Positions 30,892 to 43,276 of a stretch of 64,000 nt of DNA are shown one piece after another. The stretch covers positions 214,317 to 278,316 of the forward strand of contig CAVWSF010000002.1 of the NCBI GenBank assembly GCA_963757605.1. The letters are read 5' to 3'. The notes below the pieces were generated by a model. That model was given only the letters and a program-made list of their open reading frames with translations, did not search any database and was not told the DNA's origin. The number at the start of each line of letters is the position of its first letter. Within the stretch, counting starts at the first letter, position 1. This stretch comes from an uncultured Actinomycetes bacterium (GTDB lineage: Bacteria > Actinomycetota > Thermoleophilia > Gaiellales > JAICJC01). A program made the position numbers and the translations under genes.

Positions 30892-31142
30892 CACGGGGGA
30901 ACCCAGGGTTCCCCCGTGAGCCCCCTCCTTAAGTGCGGGCGATCGTCTGCCGCGCACAACCGTCGACTGCGTGGGCAGGCCCGCAGTGTTCGTAACAAGA
31001 CCGTGTCGGATTACCGCGGAGGCCAACCGGGGTCTGACCCCGGCGCGGCCGCAGGCCTGGATTGTGACGCCGCTGTGACCGACGTTGCAGATTCGGCACC
31101 AGTGGGGCTCTCGATCGGGGGAAGGCAGCGTTCCCCCGGTTG
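30892..31142. repeat. REPIN-like composite: two inverted GGGGGAA..TTCCCCC hairpins flanking a GGGGTCTGACCCC palindrome
   Basis: Hairpins at 30892-30918, 31027-31043 and 31116-31138 between convergent gdh and cysA. Confidence 0.65.
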
Positions 31143-32123
31143 TCAGGCGCTCGCCACCTCGGCCGCGGCCTCGTCGAACCGGCGCTCCCTGCGGGGGCGG
31201 ACGAAGACGGGCTCGCCCGGCCGGAGCGGCAGGTGGTCGGCCTCGTCGCGGCTGAGGTCGGCGGCCACCGTCTCGCCGCTCTCGACCGTCAGCTCGACGC
31301 GCACCTGGGCGCCCAGCTGAAGCACCCGCCGGACGACGGCCGGCGAGGTCGTGCCGTTGGGCTCGACCCGGATCTCGACGTCGTGCGGGCGCACGAAGGC
31401 ATCGCCGATCACGTTCACGTGGCCCATGAAGTGCATGACGAACTCGTCGGCGGGGTGGTCGTACACATCCTGGGGGTTTCCCTCCTGCACGATCCGGCCG
31501 CGGTTCATGACGACGACCGTGTCGGCCACCTCCATCGCCTCCTCCTGGTCGTGGGTGACGAAGACGGTGGTCACGTGCATGTCGTCGTGCAGGCGTCGCA
31601 GCCACGCCCTGAGCTCGGTGCGGACGCGGGCGTCGAGCGCGCCGAACGGCTCGTCCAGGAGCAGCACCTCCGGCTCGACGGCCAGCGCGCGGGCGAGCGC
31701 CATGCGCTGGCGCTGGCCGCCCGAGAGCTGCGACGGATAGCGGTCGCCGAAGCCCTCGAGCTGCACGAGCTTGATGAGCTCGGCAACGCGCTCGGCCACC
31801 TCGGCCTTGGGGCGCTTCCTGATCTCGAGCCCGAACGCGATGTTCTTGGCGACGGTCATGTGCTTGAACGCCGCGTAGTGCTGGAAGACGAAGCCCACGT
31901 CGCGACGGTGGGCGGGGAGCGGGGTCGCGTGGACGTCGCCGATGAAGACCTCGCCCGAGTCGGCCTTCTCGAGCCCCGCGATGACGCGAAGGAGCGTCGA
32001 CTTGCCGCTCCCGCTCGGCCCGAGGAGCGCGGTCAGCGAGCCGTCCGGGACCTCCAGGCCGACGTCCTCCAGCGCCACGAAGTCGCCGAACCGCTTGCAC
32101 ACGTTCTGCACCGAGATGGCCAT
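31143..32123 (-). CDS. cysA: Sulfate/thiosulfate ABC ATPase
   Basis: [43 protein letters not shown]-terminal TOBE. Confidence 0.93.
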   Translation of the reverse strand: MAISVQNVCKRFGDFVALEDVGLEVPDGSLTALLGPSGSGKSTLLRVIAGLEKADSGEVFIGDVHATPLPAHRRDVGFVFQHYAAFKHMTVAKNIAFGLEIRKRPKAEVAERVAELIKLVQLEGFGDRYPSQLSGGQRQRMALARALAVEPEVLLLDEPFGALDARVRTELRAWLRRLHDDMHVTTVFVTHDQEEAMEVADTVVVMNRGRIVQEGNPQDVYDHPADEFVMHFMGHVNVIGDAFVRPHDVEIRVEPNGTTSPAVVRRVLQLGAQVRVELTVESGETVAADLSRDEADHLPLRPGEPVFVRPRRERRFDEAAAEVASA

Positions 32124-32127
32124 CGGA

Positions 32128-32920
32128 TCAGCCGTCCTTTCGGGGATGGAGGAGGTTCATGAGGAAGAGCGTGGCGAGGGCGATCACGGCCAGCTCGAGC
32201 GCGGCGGCATATGCGGCCGTGTGGTCGAAGTTCTCGTAGCTCTGCTGCACGCGGAGCGTCAGCGTCTGCGTCTGGCCGATCACCTTGCCCGAGACGACCG
32301 CAACCGCGCCGTACTCGCCGATCGCCCGGGCCGTCGTCAGGACGACGCCGTAGACGACACCCCAGCGGATCGCCGGCAGCGTGATGCGGCGGAAGGTCTG
32401 AAGCGGCGTTGCGCCCAGCGTGGCCGCCGCCTGCTCCTGCTCCGTGCCGATCTCACGCAGCACGGGCACGACCTCGCGGCACGACGAACGGCAGGCTGAC
32501 GAAGATCGTTGCCAGCACCATGCCCGGCACCGAGAAGATGATCGGGTAGCCGTTGTTGATGAACCACTCGCCGAACCAGCCGTTCTGCCCGTAGACCAGG
32601 ATGAGCGTGAAGCCGATCACGACCGGCGAGACCGCGAACGGCAGGTCGATGAGGGCGCTCAGGAGCGCCTTCCCCGGCATGTTCGACCGCACCAGCATGA
32701 GCGCGGCCAGGATCCCGAAGGCCGTGTTGATGGGCACCGCGATCAGCGCGATCTCGAGCGTCAGCTTGAGCGCGCTCACCGCCTCGGGCGACGTGATGGC
32801 GTCCCAGACGGGCGCGAGCCCGCCCGAGAACGTGTGCCACACGATGATGCTGACCGGGACGAGCAGGAGGGCGGACAGGTAGCCGAGGGCTACGAACCGC
32901 AGGGTGAGCCTAGCGATCAT
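32128..32920 (-). CDS. cysW: Sulfate ABC permease CysW (frameshift ~32478)
   Basis: [18 protein letters not shown] / [28 protein letters not shown]. Confidence 0.9.
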
Positions 32921-33726
32921 GCTTGGTGCTCCAGCGCTGGATGAAGGAGAGCGAGACGAGAACCGCGAGCGAGATCGCGAGCAGCACCACCGAGAGCGCG
33001 GCGGCGCCGGCCTCGTAGTCGCTCGAGACCTGCGAGAAGATGTGGACGGACGCGACCTCGGTCGAGAACGGCACGTTCCCCGAGAGGAGCACGACCGAGC
33101 CGAACTCGCCGATCGCCCGCGCGAACGCGAGCGCCATGCCCGAGAGGACGGCGGGCACCAGGTTGGGCAGGACGATGCGGCGGAAGATCGTGGCGCCGCG
33201 CGCGCCGAGCGAGGCCGCCGCGTCCTCCATGTCGCGGTCGAGCTCGTGGAGCACCGGCTGCACGCTTCGGATCACGAACGGCAGCGTCTCGAAGAGCAGC
33301 GCGAGCACGACGGCGGTGCGGGTGTAGGTGACGTTCAGGCCGATCGGCGAGTCGGGCCCGTAGAGCGTGAGAAGCGTGAGCCCGGCGACGATCGTCGGCA
33401 GGGCGAACGGCAGGTCGATCAGGCTGTTCACGGCGGCCTTGCCGCGGAACTCGTCGCGGACGAGCACCCAGGCGATCAGGGTGCCGAACGACCGCGTTGA
33501 TCGCGGCGACGATGAGCGCCGCCGCCAGCGTGAGCTTGAGGGCCGCCATGGCGTCGGGCGCCGTGACGGCGTCGACGAAGGTGCTCCAGCCGCCCTGCTG
33601 TGTCTTCCACGCGAGCGCTGCCATCGGCAGGAGCACGATCAGCGAGAGGTACGTGACGGCCAGCCCCGGCGCGACGCCCGAAGGCGTCGCGCCGGTGACG
33701 CGCCGTCGTGGCAGCGCGATGGCCAT
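32910..33726 (-). CDS. cysT: Sulfate ABC permease CysT (frameshift ~33490)
   Basis: YLSLIVLLP / DLPFALPTIVAG, LPFVIRSVQPVL, AFARAIGEFGS. Confidence 0.9.
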
Positions 33727-34733
33727 CAGCTGGTCGAGACCCCGAGGCTCGACTCGATCTCCTGCATCACGCTGTGCTCCGGGTCGAAGAAGTCGGCCAT
33801 GACCTTGTCCCAGCCGCCGACGTCCTCGATCGTGAACGTCTGCGAGGTGTCCGGGTACTTGTCGGCGTACTTGGCCTCGACGTCAGGGAGCACCGAGCGG
33901 TACCCCGTCTGGGCCAGGATGTTCTGAGCCTCTGGCGTGAACATCCAGTCGACGAACTTCTTCGCGATCGGGGGAGCGCCCTTGGTGACCGCGATCGGCG
34001 TCTGGATCAGGATCGTCTGCGGGGGATAGACGATCTCGAGGTCTTCACCCGCGGCCTGGGCGGCGAGCGCGTCCTGCTCGTAGGCCAGGAGCACGTCGCC
34101 CTTCCCGCCCGTGAACGTGGTCAGCGAGGCGCTGGCCTTGTCGTCCTGCACGGGAACGTTGTGGAAGAGCTCGCTCAGGTAGGCCTTGGCCTGGTCGGGC
34201 GTCTTGCCCTCGTCGATCTCGGCCCCGTAGGCGGCCATGATGTTCCAGCGGGCGCCGCCCGACGAGAACGGGTTGGGCGTGATGACCTCGACGCCCGGCT
34301 TCACCAGGTCGTCCCAGGTGTGGATGTCCTTGGGGTTGCCCTTGCGCACCGCGAAGACGACCTCGGTGTTGGCCACGATCCCCTGCTGTGGGCCCTGGTC
34401 CCAGCTCGCCGCGACCTTGCCGGCGTCGACGAGCCGCTTGATGTCCGGCTCGAGCGCGAAGTGGACGACGTCGGCGCTCTGGCCCGCCTCGACGGCCTTG
34501 CTCTGGTCGCCGGAGGCGCCGTAGGACTGGGTGAACTCGGCGCCGGAGCCGGCCGACGTCTTGGCGAACGCCGGGATCAGCTCCTTGTAGGACGCCTCGG
34601 GCGTCGAGTACGCGACGAGGTTGATCTTGGTGGTCGCCGCACCGTTCGCCGGGGACGAGCCTCCGCACGCGCTCGCGGCCGCGCTCACCAGGAGCAGGGC
34701 CGCAGCAATTCCGCTTGCTTGAAGTCGATTCAA
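33726..34733 (-). CDS. sbp: Sulfate-binding lipoprotein
   Basis: Lipobox ASAC, SYGASGDQS, GNPK.I..WDDL, NPFSSGGARWN; TTG start after AAGGAG RBS. Confidence 0.92.
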   Translation of the reverse strand: MNRLQASGIAAALLLVSAAASACGGSSPANGAATTKINLVAYSTPEASYKELIPAFAKTSAGSGAEFTQSYGASGDQSKAVEAGQSADVVHFALEPDIKRLVDAGKVAASWDQGPQQGIVANTEVVFAVRKGNPKDIHTWDDLVKPGVEVITPNPFSSGGARWNIMAAYGAEIDEGKTPDQAKAYLSELFHNVPVQDDKASASLTTFTGGKGDVLLAYEQDALAAQAAGEDLEIVYPPQTILIQTPIAVTKGAPPIAKKFVDWMFTPEAQNILAQTGYRSVLPDVEAKYADKYPDTSQTFTIEDVGGWDKVMADFFDPEHSVMQEIESSLGVSTS

Positions 34734-34817
34734 CTTCTCTCCTTTGTCTATCGACAAACTTGAGAATAAGGTACGATCTCATCCGTGACGTGTCAAACGC
34801 CAACCGACAGGAGAGCA

Positions 34818-35111
34818 GTGGAGCACGGTCGATTGGGGCGCAATCTGCGCCATCTTCTCGGACTGCACGACGTGAGCCAGCAGGATCTCGCGCGGTATCT
34901 CGGCCTCTCGCCCCAGGGCCTCTGGAACATCCTGCACGGCCGATCGGAGCCGCGATCGCGCACCGCGCACTCGCTGGCGGTTGCGTTCGGCGTCAACCTG
35001 GACGTGCTCTTCGCCGACACCGGGACGTGCGTTCGGGCCGCCGCCGCGGTCTTCGAGCGGGCGCCTGTGCGAGCCATCACGCAGGAGGCCGAGGCCGTAG
35101 CCGCCATCTAG
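34818..35111 (+). CDS. XRE-family HTH regulator
   Basis: [29 protein letters not shown]; AGGAG RBS before GTG 34818. Confidence 0.82.
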   Translation: MEHGRLGRNLRHLLGLHDVSQQDLARYLGLSPQGLWNILHGRSEPRSRTAHSLAVAFGVNLDVLFADTGTCVRAAAAVFERAPVRAITQEAEAVAAI

Positions 35112-35313
35112 ATGGGTGAAACCCGATCCACCCGCGCCTGGACGTCCGAGCGTGGCAGGTCGGCGCGGGGTGGCGGGGCTGCGGCTGCGAACCGTCGCAT
35201 CGCGACGTCCTCGGTCGTCCCAATATCACGCGATATTGGGCCTTCCTGCGTCCTTGCGCTGCTCGGTTCTCGCCGCCCAGGACATCAGGTGGATCCGGTT
35301 TCACCCATCTAGA
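35107..35313. mobile_element. MITE-like non-autonomous element
   Basis: 26-bp inverted ends (25/26 match) including CTAG on both sides; internal palindrome CCCAATATC-ACGC-GATATTGGG; no convincing ORF. Confidence 0.6.
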
Positions 35314-35322
35314 CTCCTCCCC

Positions 35323-37316
<1,994 letters not shown>

Positions 37317-37320
<4 letters not shown>

Positions 37321-38021
37321 CCGATCTCGAGGTGCTCAAGGCGGAGGCGGGCGCCGCCGCCGTCGACCGGTTCGTCCGCCCCGGCATGCGGCTCGGCCTG
37401 GGGAGCGGCTCCACGGCCGCGAAGATGCTCGACGCGCTGGGCGAGCGGCTGGCCTCGGGAGCGCTCGCCGACGTGGCCGGCGTCCCCACCTCGGCGGCGA
37501 CGGCAGCCCGCTGCGCCGAGCTCGGGATCCCGCTCCTGACGCTCGAGCAGGCGGGCGAGCTCGACCTCGTGATCGACGGGGCCGACGAGATCGACCCCCA
37601 GCTCGACCTGATCAAGGGCCTCGGCGGCGCCCACCTTCGCGAGAAGGTGGTGGCGGCGGCGGCGCGAGAGATGGTGGTCGTCGCCGACGAGACCAAGATC
37701 GTGGGCCGGCTCGGCGAGCGCGCACCCCTGCCCGTCGAGGTGATCACGTTCGCGCTCCCCGTCGCAGAGCGGCTCCTGCGCGGGCTGGGCTGGGAGCCCG
37801 AGCTCCGCGTCGACGACGGCCGCCCGTTCGTGACCGACGAGGGCAACCGCATCCTGCACTGCCGCCGCGAGGAGTGGGTTGACACCGAGGCGCTGGCGGC
37901 CGGCATCTCGCAGGTGCCGGGCGTCGTCGCCCACGGCTTCTTCCTCGGCTTCGCCTCGGCCGCGGTCGTCGCTACGCGGGAAGGCGTCCAGGAGTTGCGA
38001 CGCCCAACCTCGCCTCCATGA
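37317..38021 (+). CDS. rpiA: Ribose-5-phosphate isomerase A
   Basis: [34 protein letters not shown]. Confidence 0.94.
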
Positions 38022-38808
38022 CGGCGACGGCCTCGGCACTCTCGTCGATCAGGATGTAGCTGCGGCCGAGCTCCGCGGCGGCGGCGCCGAGCGTGCCCGA
38101 CCCGGCGAACGGGTCGAGCACCAGGTCGCCCGGTCGGGTCGAAGCCTGGAGCATGCGGCGCACGATCCCGACCGGCTTCTGCGTCGGATACCCGGTCTTC
38201 TCCCGCCCGGTCGGCGAGACGATGGTGTGCCACCAGACGTCGGTCGGGAGCTTCCCCCGGGCCGCCTTCTCGGCCGTCACGAGGCCCGGCGCCATGTACG
38301 GCTCGCGCTCAACCGCGGCCGAGTCGAAGTGGTAGCGGGCCGGGTCGCGCACATAGACCAGGATGGTGTCGTGCTTGGCCGGCCAGCGCCGCTTCGGCTT
38401 CGCCCCGTAGTCGTAGGCCCAGATCAGCTCGTTCAGGAACGCGTCGCGCCCGAACACCTCGTCGAGCAGGAGCTTGGCGTAGTGCGCCTCGCGCTGGTCG
38501 AGGTGCAGGTAGAGCGTGCCCTCGGCGTCGAGCAGGCGGTGGATCTGGCGCAGCCGCGGCTCGAGGAAGCCCAGGTAGTCGTCGAAGCTGTCGCGGTAGG
38601 ACGACCGCTCCAGCAGCTCCGTGCGGTAGCGGCGGCCGCCAAAGCCGGTGCGGTCGCCGTCGGCGTCGGGCGTCATCCGCATCGTCGAGCGGGTCTGCGC
38701 ACGGCCGGTGTTGAACGGCGGGTCGGCGTAGACCATCCGGAAGGCGCCGTCGGGGAAGCCCTCCATGAGCGGCAGGTTGTCGCCGTGCAGGATCAGGTCG
38801 CCGCGCAC
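37972..38808 (-). CDS. Site-specific DNA methyltransferase (N6-A/N4-C, beta class), solitary
   Basis: DPPF motif IV precedes YPTQKP and DPFAGSGT motif I. Confidence 0.92.
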   Translation of the reverse strand: MRGDLILHGDNLPLMEGFPDGAFRMVYADPPFNTGRAQTRSTMRMTPDADGDRTGFGGRRYRTELLERSSYRDSFDDYLGFLEPRLRQIHRLLDAEGTLYLHLDQREAHYAKLLLDEVFGRDAFLNELIWAYDYGAKPKRRWPAKHDTILVYVRDPARYHFDSAAVEREPYMAPGLVTAEKAARGKLPTDVWWHTIVSPTGREKTGYPTQKPVGIVRRMLQASTRPGDLVLDPFAGSGTLGAAAAELGRSYILIDESAEAVAVMEARLGVATPGRLPA

Positions 38809-38839
38809 GGGCAGAGCATGGCGCAGGCCCAGGACGGAG

Positions 38840-39763
38840 CTATGCGGCCGAGCTGTCCATCGGGGGGCGAGGCACGGCGGCCGACAGCTTGCGCCCGATC
38901 TGCTCGGTCGTGGGCTTGCGGACGTTCCGCACGAGCCCGATCTTCTCCCAGATCGCGATCATCCAGCCCGACAGGTCGACCTGACGCCACGAGAGCCCGT
39001 GGAAGGCGGACGTCGGGAAGACGTGGTGGTTGTGGTGCCACGACTCGCCGAGCGAGGGCAGCGCCAGCACCCAGTTGTTCGTCGACTGGTCGCTCGTGGT
39101 GAACGGCCGGTTGCCGAAGAAGTGGCAGATCGAGTTCACGCTCCACGTGACGTGGTGGTTGAAGAAGAGCCGCACGAGGCCGCCCCACACGAGCCCGGTC
39201 ACGGCGCCCTTCCACGACAGCGTCAAGAGGCCGCCGAGGACGAACGGGACGACGAACGTCAGCACCGCCCACAGCGGGAAGAGCCGCGAGACCGTCATCG
39301 TCAGCCGGTCCTGGAGGATGTCCTTGCCGTAGCGCTCCTGGTCGGTGCGGTTGTGCCGGAACATCCAGCCCATGTGCGCGTGCAGGAGGCCCTTGATCGC
39401 GCCCAGCGGGCCCCGCGCGAAGCCGTGGTGAGGGCTATGCGGGTCGCCCTCCTTGTCGGAGTAGGCGTGATGCGTGCGGTGGTCGATTGCCCAGTCGAGC
39501 GCCGATCCCTGCAGCGCGAAGGAGCCCGCGACGAGGAGTGCGGCCTTGAGCGGCGCGACCGCCTCGAACGCGTGGTGGGTGAGCATGCGGTGGTAGCCGA
39601 TCGTGATGCCGAAGCCGCAGATGACGTAGAGGCCGATGAAGAGGACGAGGTCGGTCCACCCGACCGCCTCGTTCCAGAGCAGCGTCACCGCCGCGATCAG
39701 GCCCACGAAGGGCAGGATCGTGAGCACGAGCATGGAGATCTTGCGACCGCGGCTCAGCGGCAT
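38840..39763 (-). CDS. Acyl-CoA/acyl-lipid delta-9 desaturase
   Basis: His boxes HRMLTH, HRTHH, GDPHSP, GESWHHNHH. Confidence 0.93.
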   Translation of the reverse strand: MPLSRGRKISMLVLTILPFVGLIAAVTLLWNEAVGWTDLVLFIGLYVICGFGITIGYHRMLTHHAFEAVAPLKAALLVAGSFALQGSALDWAIDHRTHHAYSDKEGDPHSPHHGFARGPLGAIKGLLHAHMGWMFRHNRTDQERYGKDILQDRLTMTVSRLFPLWAVLTFVVPFVLGGLLTLSWKGAVTGLVWGGLVRLFFNHHVTWSVNSICHFFGNRPFTTSDQSTNNWVLALPSLGESWHHNHHVFPTSAFHGLSWRQVDLSGWMIAIWEKIGLVRNVRKPTTEQIGRKLSAAVPRPPMDSSAA

Positions 39764-39782
39764 GGTCAGGCCGGGTTCTCGG

Positions 39783-40523
39783 TCATTGCGGAGCTCCCTT
39801 CACGACCCGGCTGCCCGGGACGACGTCGTGACTTCCGTCCTCCCACTTGACGAGTCCCTTGTGGCCGCCGTCGTAGTCGGGGGCGAAGAGCTCGAGCGTG
39901 CCCCCGCGGCCGTTCACGGTGCACGGCTCGTCGCCGGTCGGGTCGACGCCGCGCCAGAGGCGGATGAAGACGTTCTCGTCCCACTCGGCCCCGATGGTGG
40001 TCGGATCGGTATGGCCGGGGTGGACTCGGGTTTCGTGCGGCAGCTTCATGAGCACGTCCATGATCGAGTGGTGCAGGCTGTCGTAGCTGTCGCGCATCGT
40101 GCCGCCGACCGTCCCGTGGAAGAGGACGTCGGCCGTGAAGCAGTCCGTGCCGTTCACGAGGAACGACACGTGGCCGGGGCTGTGCCCGGGCGTGAGGAGG
40201 GTCGCGATCTCGAGGCCGCCCGCCGTGATGATGTCGCCGTCGGCGAGCGCCCCGTCCACGCGATCCATCCGGTCGGCCTCGACCGGGTGCGCGAGCACCT
40301 GGAGGTCGTACCGGCTCGTGTACGTGTCGGCCTCGGCGATGTGGTCGGGGTCGGCGTGGGTGACGAGCAGGTGGGTGATCGAGAGCCCGTGGCGCGTGGC
40401 GGCCTCGATCAGCGGCATGACCGGCCCGCCGGCGTCGATCATGACGCCGGTTCCGCCCTCCTCGTCTCCGACCAGGTAGCTGTTCGACAGCCACCCGGAG
40501 TGCATGCTCTTCTCGACGATCAC
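39783..40523 (-). CDS. MBL-fold metallo-hydrolase (glyoxalase II-like)
   Basis: NSYLV, IDAGG, THADPDH, TPGHSPGH, FTADVLF, HPGH; GTG 40523. Confidence 0.88.
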   Translation of the reverse strand: MIVEKSMHSGWLSNSYLVGDEEGGTGVMIDAGGPVMPLIEAATRHGLSITHLLVTHADPDHIAEADTYTSRYDLQVLAHPVEADRMDRVDGALADGDIITAGGLEIATLLTPGHSPGHVSFLVNGTDCFTADVLFHGTVGGTMRDSYDSLHHSIMDVLMKLPHETRVHPGHTDPTTIGAEWDENVFIRLWRGVDPTGDEPCTVNGRGGTLELFAPDYDGGHKGLVKWEDGSHDVVPGSRVVKGAPQ

Positions 40524-41094
40524 GTCTTGGCCGCGCGCATCGCAGCCTTGTGCGCTCGCTTCGCGGCCTGGTAGGCCTCGAGCGCCTCGGGTGAGTCCAC
40601 GTCCCCGAGCGTCGGATGGTTGGGGAGCACGTCCTCGTAGCCGGGCGGCTTCACTCCGAGCCGGTTGACGACGATCGCGGTGAGCGATCGCACCTTCATA
40701 TCGCCGATCCCCGGCAGGGCCCCGAGCCGCGCCTTGAGATCGGCGCCCGTCGCAGCTTCGGTCCACACCGCCCGCCGTCGCCGCCGTACTCCGTGGCGAT
40801 GGCGGCGCAGAGCTTCTGCACGCGCTCGGCCATCGCGCCGGGGAAGCGATGGATCGCGGGCCGGGTGCGGAAGGCCTCGGCCAGATCCTCGGGCGGCGTC
40901 GCGGCGATGCGGGCCGGATCGAGGTGCCCGAGCCGCCGCTTCAGCTCGAGCGGGCCCGAGAACGCCTTCTGCACGGTCACCTGCTGGTCGAGCGCGAACC
41001 CGATCAGGAGCGCGTTCGGGTCGGTCGCGATGAGCCGGTTGGCCTCGGGGTCGGGCGTGAAGTGCAGCTCAGCGGGTGCGCTCGTCGTCGCCAT
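40520..41094 (-). CDS. HhH-GPD family putative DNA repair protein (frameshift ~40770)
   Basis: LIGFALDQQVTVQKAFSGP, HRFPGAMA.RVQ / LPGIGDMK, PTLGDVDS. Confidence 0.85.
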
Positions 41095-41119
41095 CGCCGA
41101 AGTGTACGTCGTCGCGCGA

Positions 41120-41829
41120 TCAGCGGTATCCGACGTTCGCCGAACCCGACTCGAGCGCGTCGCAGATCCAGCGGGCCACCTTCTCGGGCGGGTCGCCGCC
41201 CATCCGCCGGCCGGTTCCGCGGGCCACGGCCGAGAACTCGGTGTCGGTCAGCGCAGGCTTCACCAGCACCACGTGGACGCCCTCGTCGCGCAGCTCGCGG
41301 TAGGCGGTGCGCGTGAGCAGGTCGACCGCGGCCTTCGACGCCGCGTACGCGCCGCCGCCCGGGTCGGGGAACTCGCCAACGATCGACGACACGTTCACGA
41401 TCCCGCCGGATCCCTGCTTCACCATGCGCTCGCCCGCCGCCCGGATGCCGTGGATCACCCCGAGCACGTTCACGCGGAACATCGCCGCCGCCAAGCGAGC
41501 GGGTCGGCCTCGTGCAGGCGCCCGAACGTGCCGACTCCCGCGTTGTTCACGATGATGTCGATCCGCCTGCCCCACTCGACCGTCTGTGCAACCAGCCGCT
41601 GCACGCTCTCCCAGTCGCCGACGTCGCAGCTCACCGCGAGCCCGTCGACCTCGGCCGCCAGCTCCTCGAGCCGGTCCACGCGCCGGGCGGCCACGACCAC
41701 CCGCGCTCCTCGCTCGTGCAGCGCGCGCGCCGTGGCGGTGCCGATGCCCGAGCTGGCGCCGGTGACCACCGCCACCGCGCCGTCGAGAGAGATCCGCGCG
41801 CCTCGTTCGCCGGGGATGTCACTCGCCAT
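41120..41829 (-). CDS. SDR family oxidoreductase (frameshift ~41490)
   Basis: TGASSGIG, NNAG / VSS, YAASK. Confidence 0.88.
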
Positions 41830-42130
41830 TGGGGCCTCCTCCGTGTCGCCGTTTCGCCGCCTCGGTCTTGGTCGCGATCACCACGGCCGCTGTTCCCGGG
41901 ATCGCCCAGAAGACGCCGTAGAAGAACGATCGCGTGACCGAGAGGTTGAGGAACGCAAGGTGCAGCAGGAAGACCGCCGCGGTGACGACGGGGAAGGTGA
42001 CGACGAGCTGGGCGGGCCCGGACAATCCTTCCCACCGGATCAGGGCCGGCTCCAGGCGCTTTCCGATCCGGTCGAGCAGCCGCCCGAGCGCTTCGGCCAC
42101 GCGGCGTAAGGGCGCGCTAACGGCGTGCAC
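41819..42130 (-). CDS. Small two-TM membrane protein
   Basis: Two hydrophobic segments, overlaps the flanking genes in the operon; start uncertain. Confidence 0.6.
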   Translation of the reverse strand: MHAVSAPLRRVAEALGRLLDRIGKRLEPALIRWEGLSGPAQLVVTFPVVTAAVFLLHLAFLNLSVTRSFFYGVFWAIPGTAAVVIATKTEAAKRRHGGGPNGE

Positions 42131-43276
42131 CGAGCGCCAGCCCCTGCGCGTATGCCGCCCGCACCTCGTCCGCTGACCACGGTTCGGGCGCAACGGTGAT
42201 GAAGTAGTCGGCGAGCGCCTTCTCGGTCAGCTCGTCGAGGTGCTCGTCGCGCACGCCGACGGCTGCGAGGGTGTCGAACTCGAGCTCGCTCAGGATCCGC
42301 GTCACCGCCCGCACGGCGCGCGACCCGTCGCCGGACCCGTCGTCTGGCTCGCCCAGCGCGTCGGCGATGCGCTCGAACCGCTCCGGCACGGACTTGCGGT
42401 CGCGGTCCATGGTCTCGGCCAGGACGAGCGCGATCGTGAGCCCGTGCGGGAGGCCGAACATGCCGCCGATGGCCTGGCCGAGCGAGTGCTCGGCGCCGCA
42501 GTCGGAGATGTTCATCGCCAGGCCGGCCAGCAGGCTCGCGCAGGCCATGTCGGAGCGGGCGTCGCGGTCCGAGCCGTCCCGGACGGCCCGGGCCAGCGCG
42601 CCGCCGGCGAGCCGCGTCGCTTCGAGCGCCGACACCGTCGCCGACGGGCGTTGCCACCTTCACGACCACCGCGGCGATTGCCTGCGCGAGCGCATCGATC
42701 CCGGTCATCGGCGGTGATCCCGGCGGGAAGCCCCCAGGTGAGCACGGGGTCGACCAGCGCGTGCTGGGCGCGCAGAAGCGGGCTCGCGATGCCGGCCTTG
42801 GTGTGGGTGGCGTCGTCGGTGATGACGGCGCCGCCCGAGACCTCGGAGCCGGTGCCTGCCGTCGTCGGCACGCACACGAGCGGGATCGCCGGCGGCGTGT
42901 AGGCCACCTCGCCTCGGGCGAAGCGCAGGTAGCGCTCGCCCTGGCCGGAGACGAGCCGGGCCGCCTTGGCGGTGTCCATCGCCGAGCCGCCGCCGATCGC
43001 CACGACCGCGTCGCAGCCGGTCTCGGAGAGCTTTGCCGCCGCCTCCTCGACGAGCGTGACCGTCGGCTCGCCGGGCGGCTTCTCGAACCGCTCGGCACCC
43101 GCGACCGGCGCGAGCGCCGCCGCCACCTCCGCCACGAGCTCCTCCAGGCCGGCGTCGATCACGACCAGCGGGCGGCTCGCGCCCTCCTCGGCGAGCACGG
43201 CGGCCAGGTCGGCCGCCACGCTTTCGCCGAAGCGGATCTTCACGGGCAGGTGGTTTCGGAACGGGGCGACGGTCAC
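42117..43276 (-). CDS. Iron-containing alcohol dehydrogenase family (frameshifts ~42630, ~42710)
   Basis: P..IRFG, GGGSAMDTAK, PTTAGTGSEV, GIDAL, EHSLGQ..G..FGLPHG. Confidence 0.87.

Noticed and set aside
30892-31142. CRISPR array or tRNA/ncRNA
   Set aside because: Hairpins are non-identical and inverted, not regularly spaced direct repeats; no cas genes, cloverleaf or T-loop consensus.
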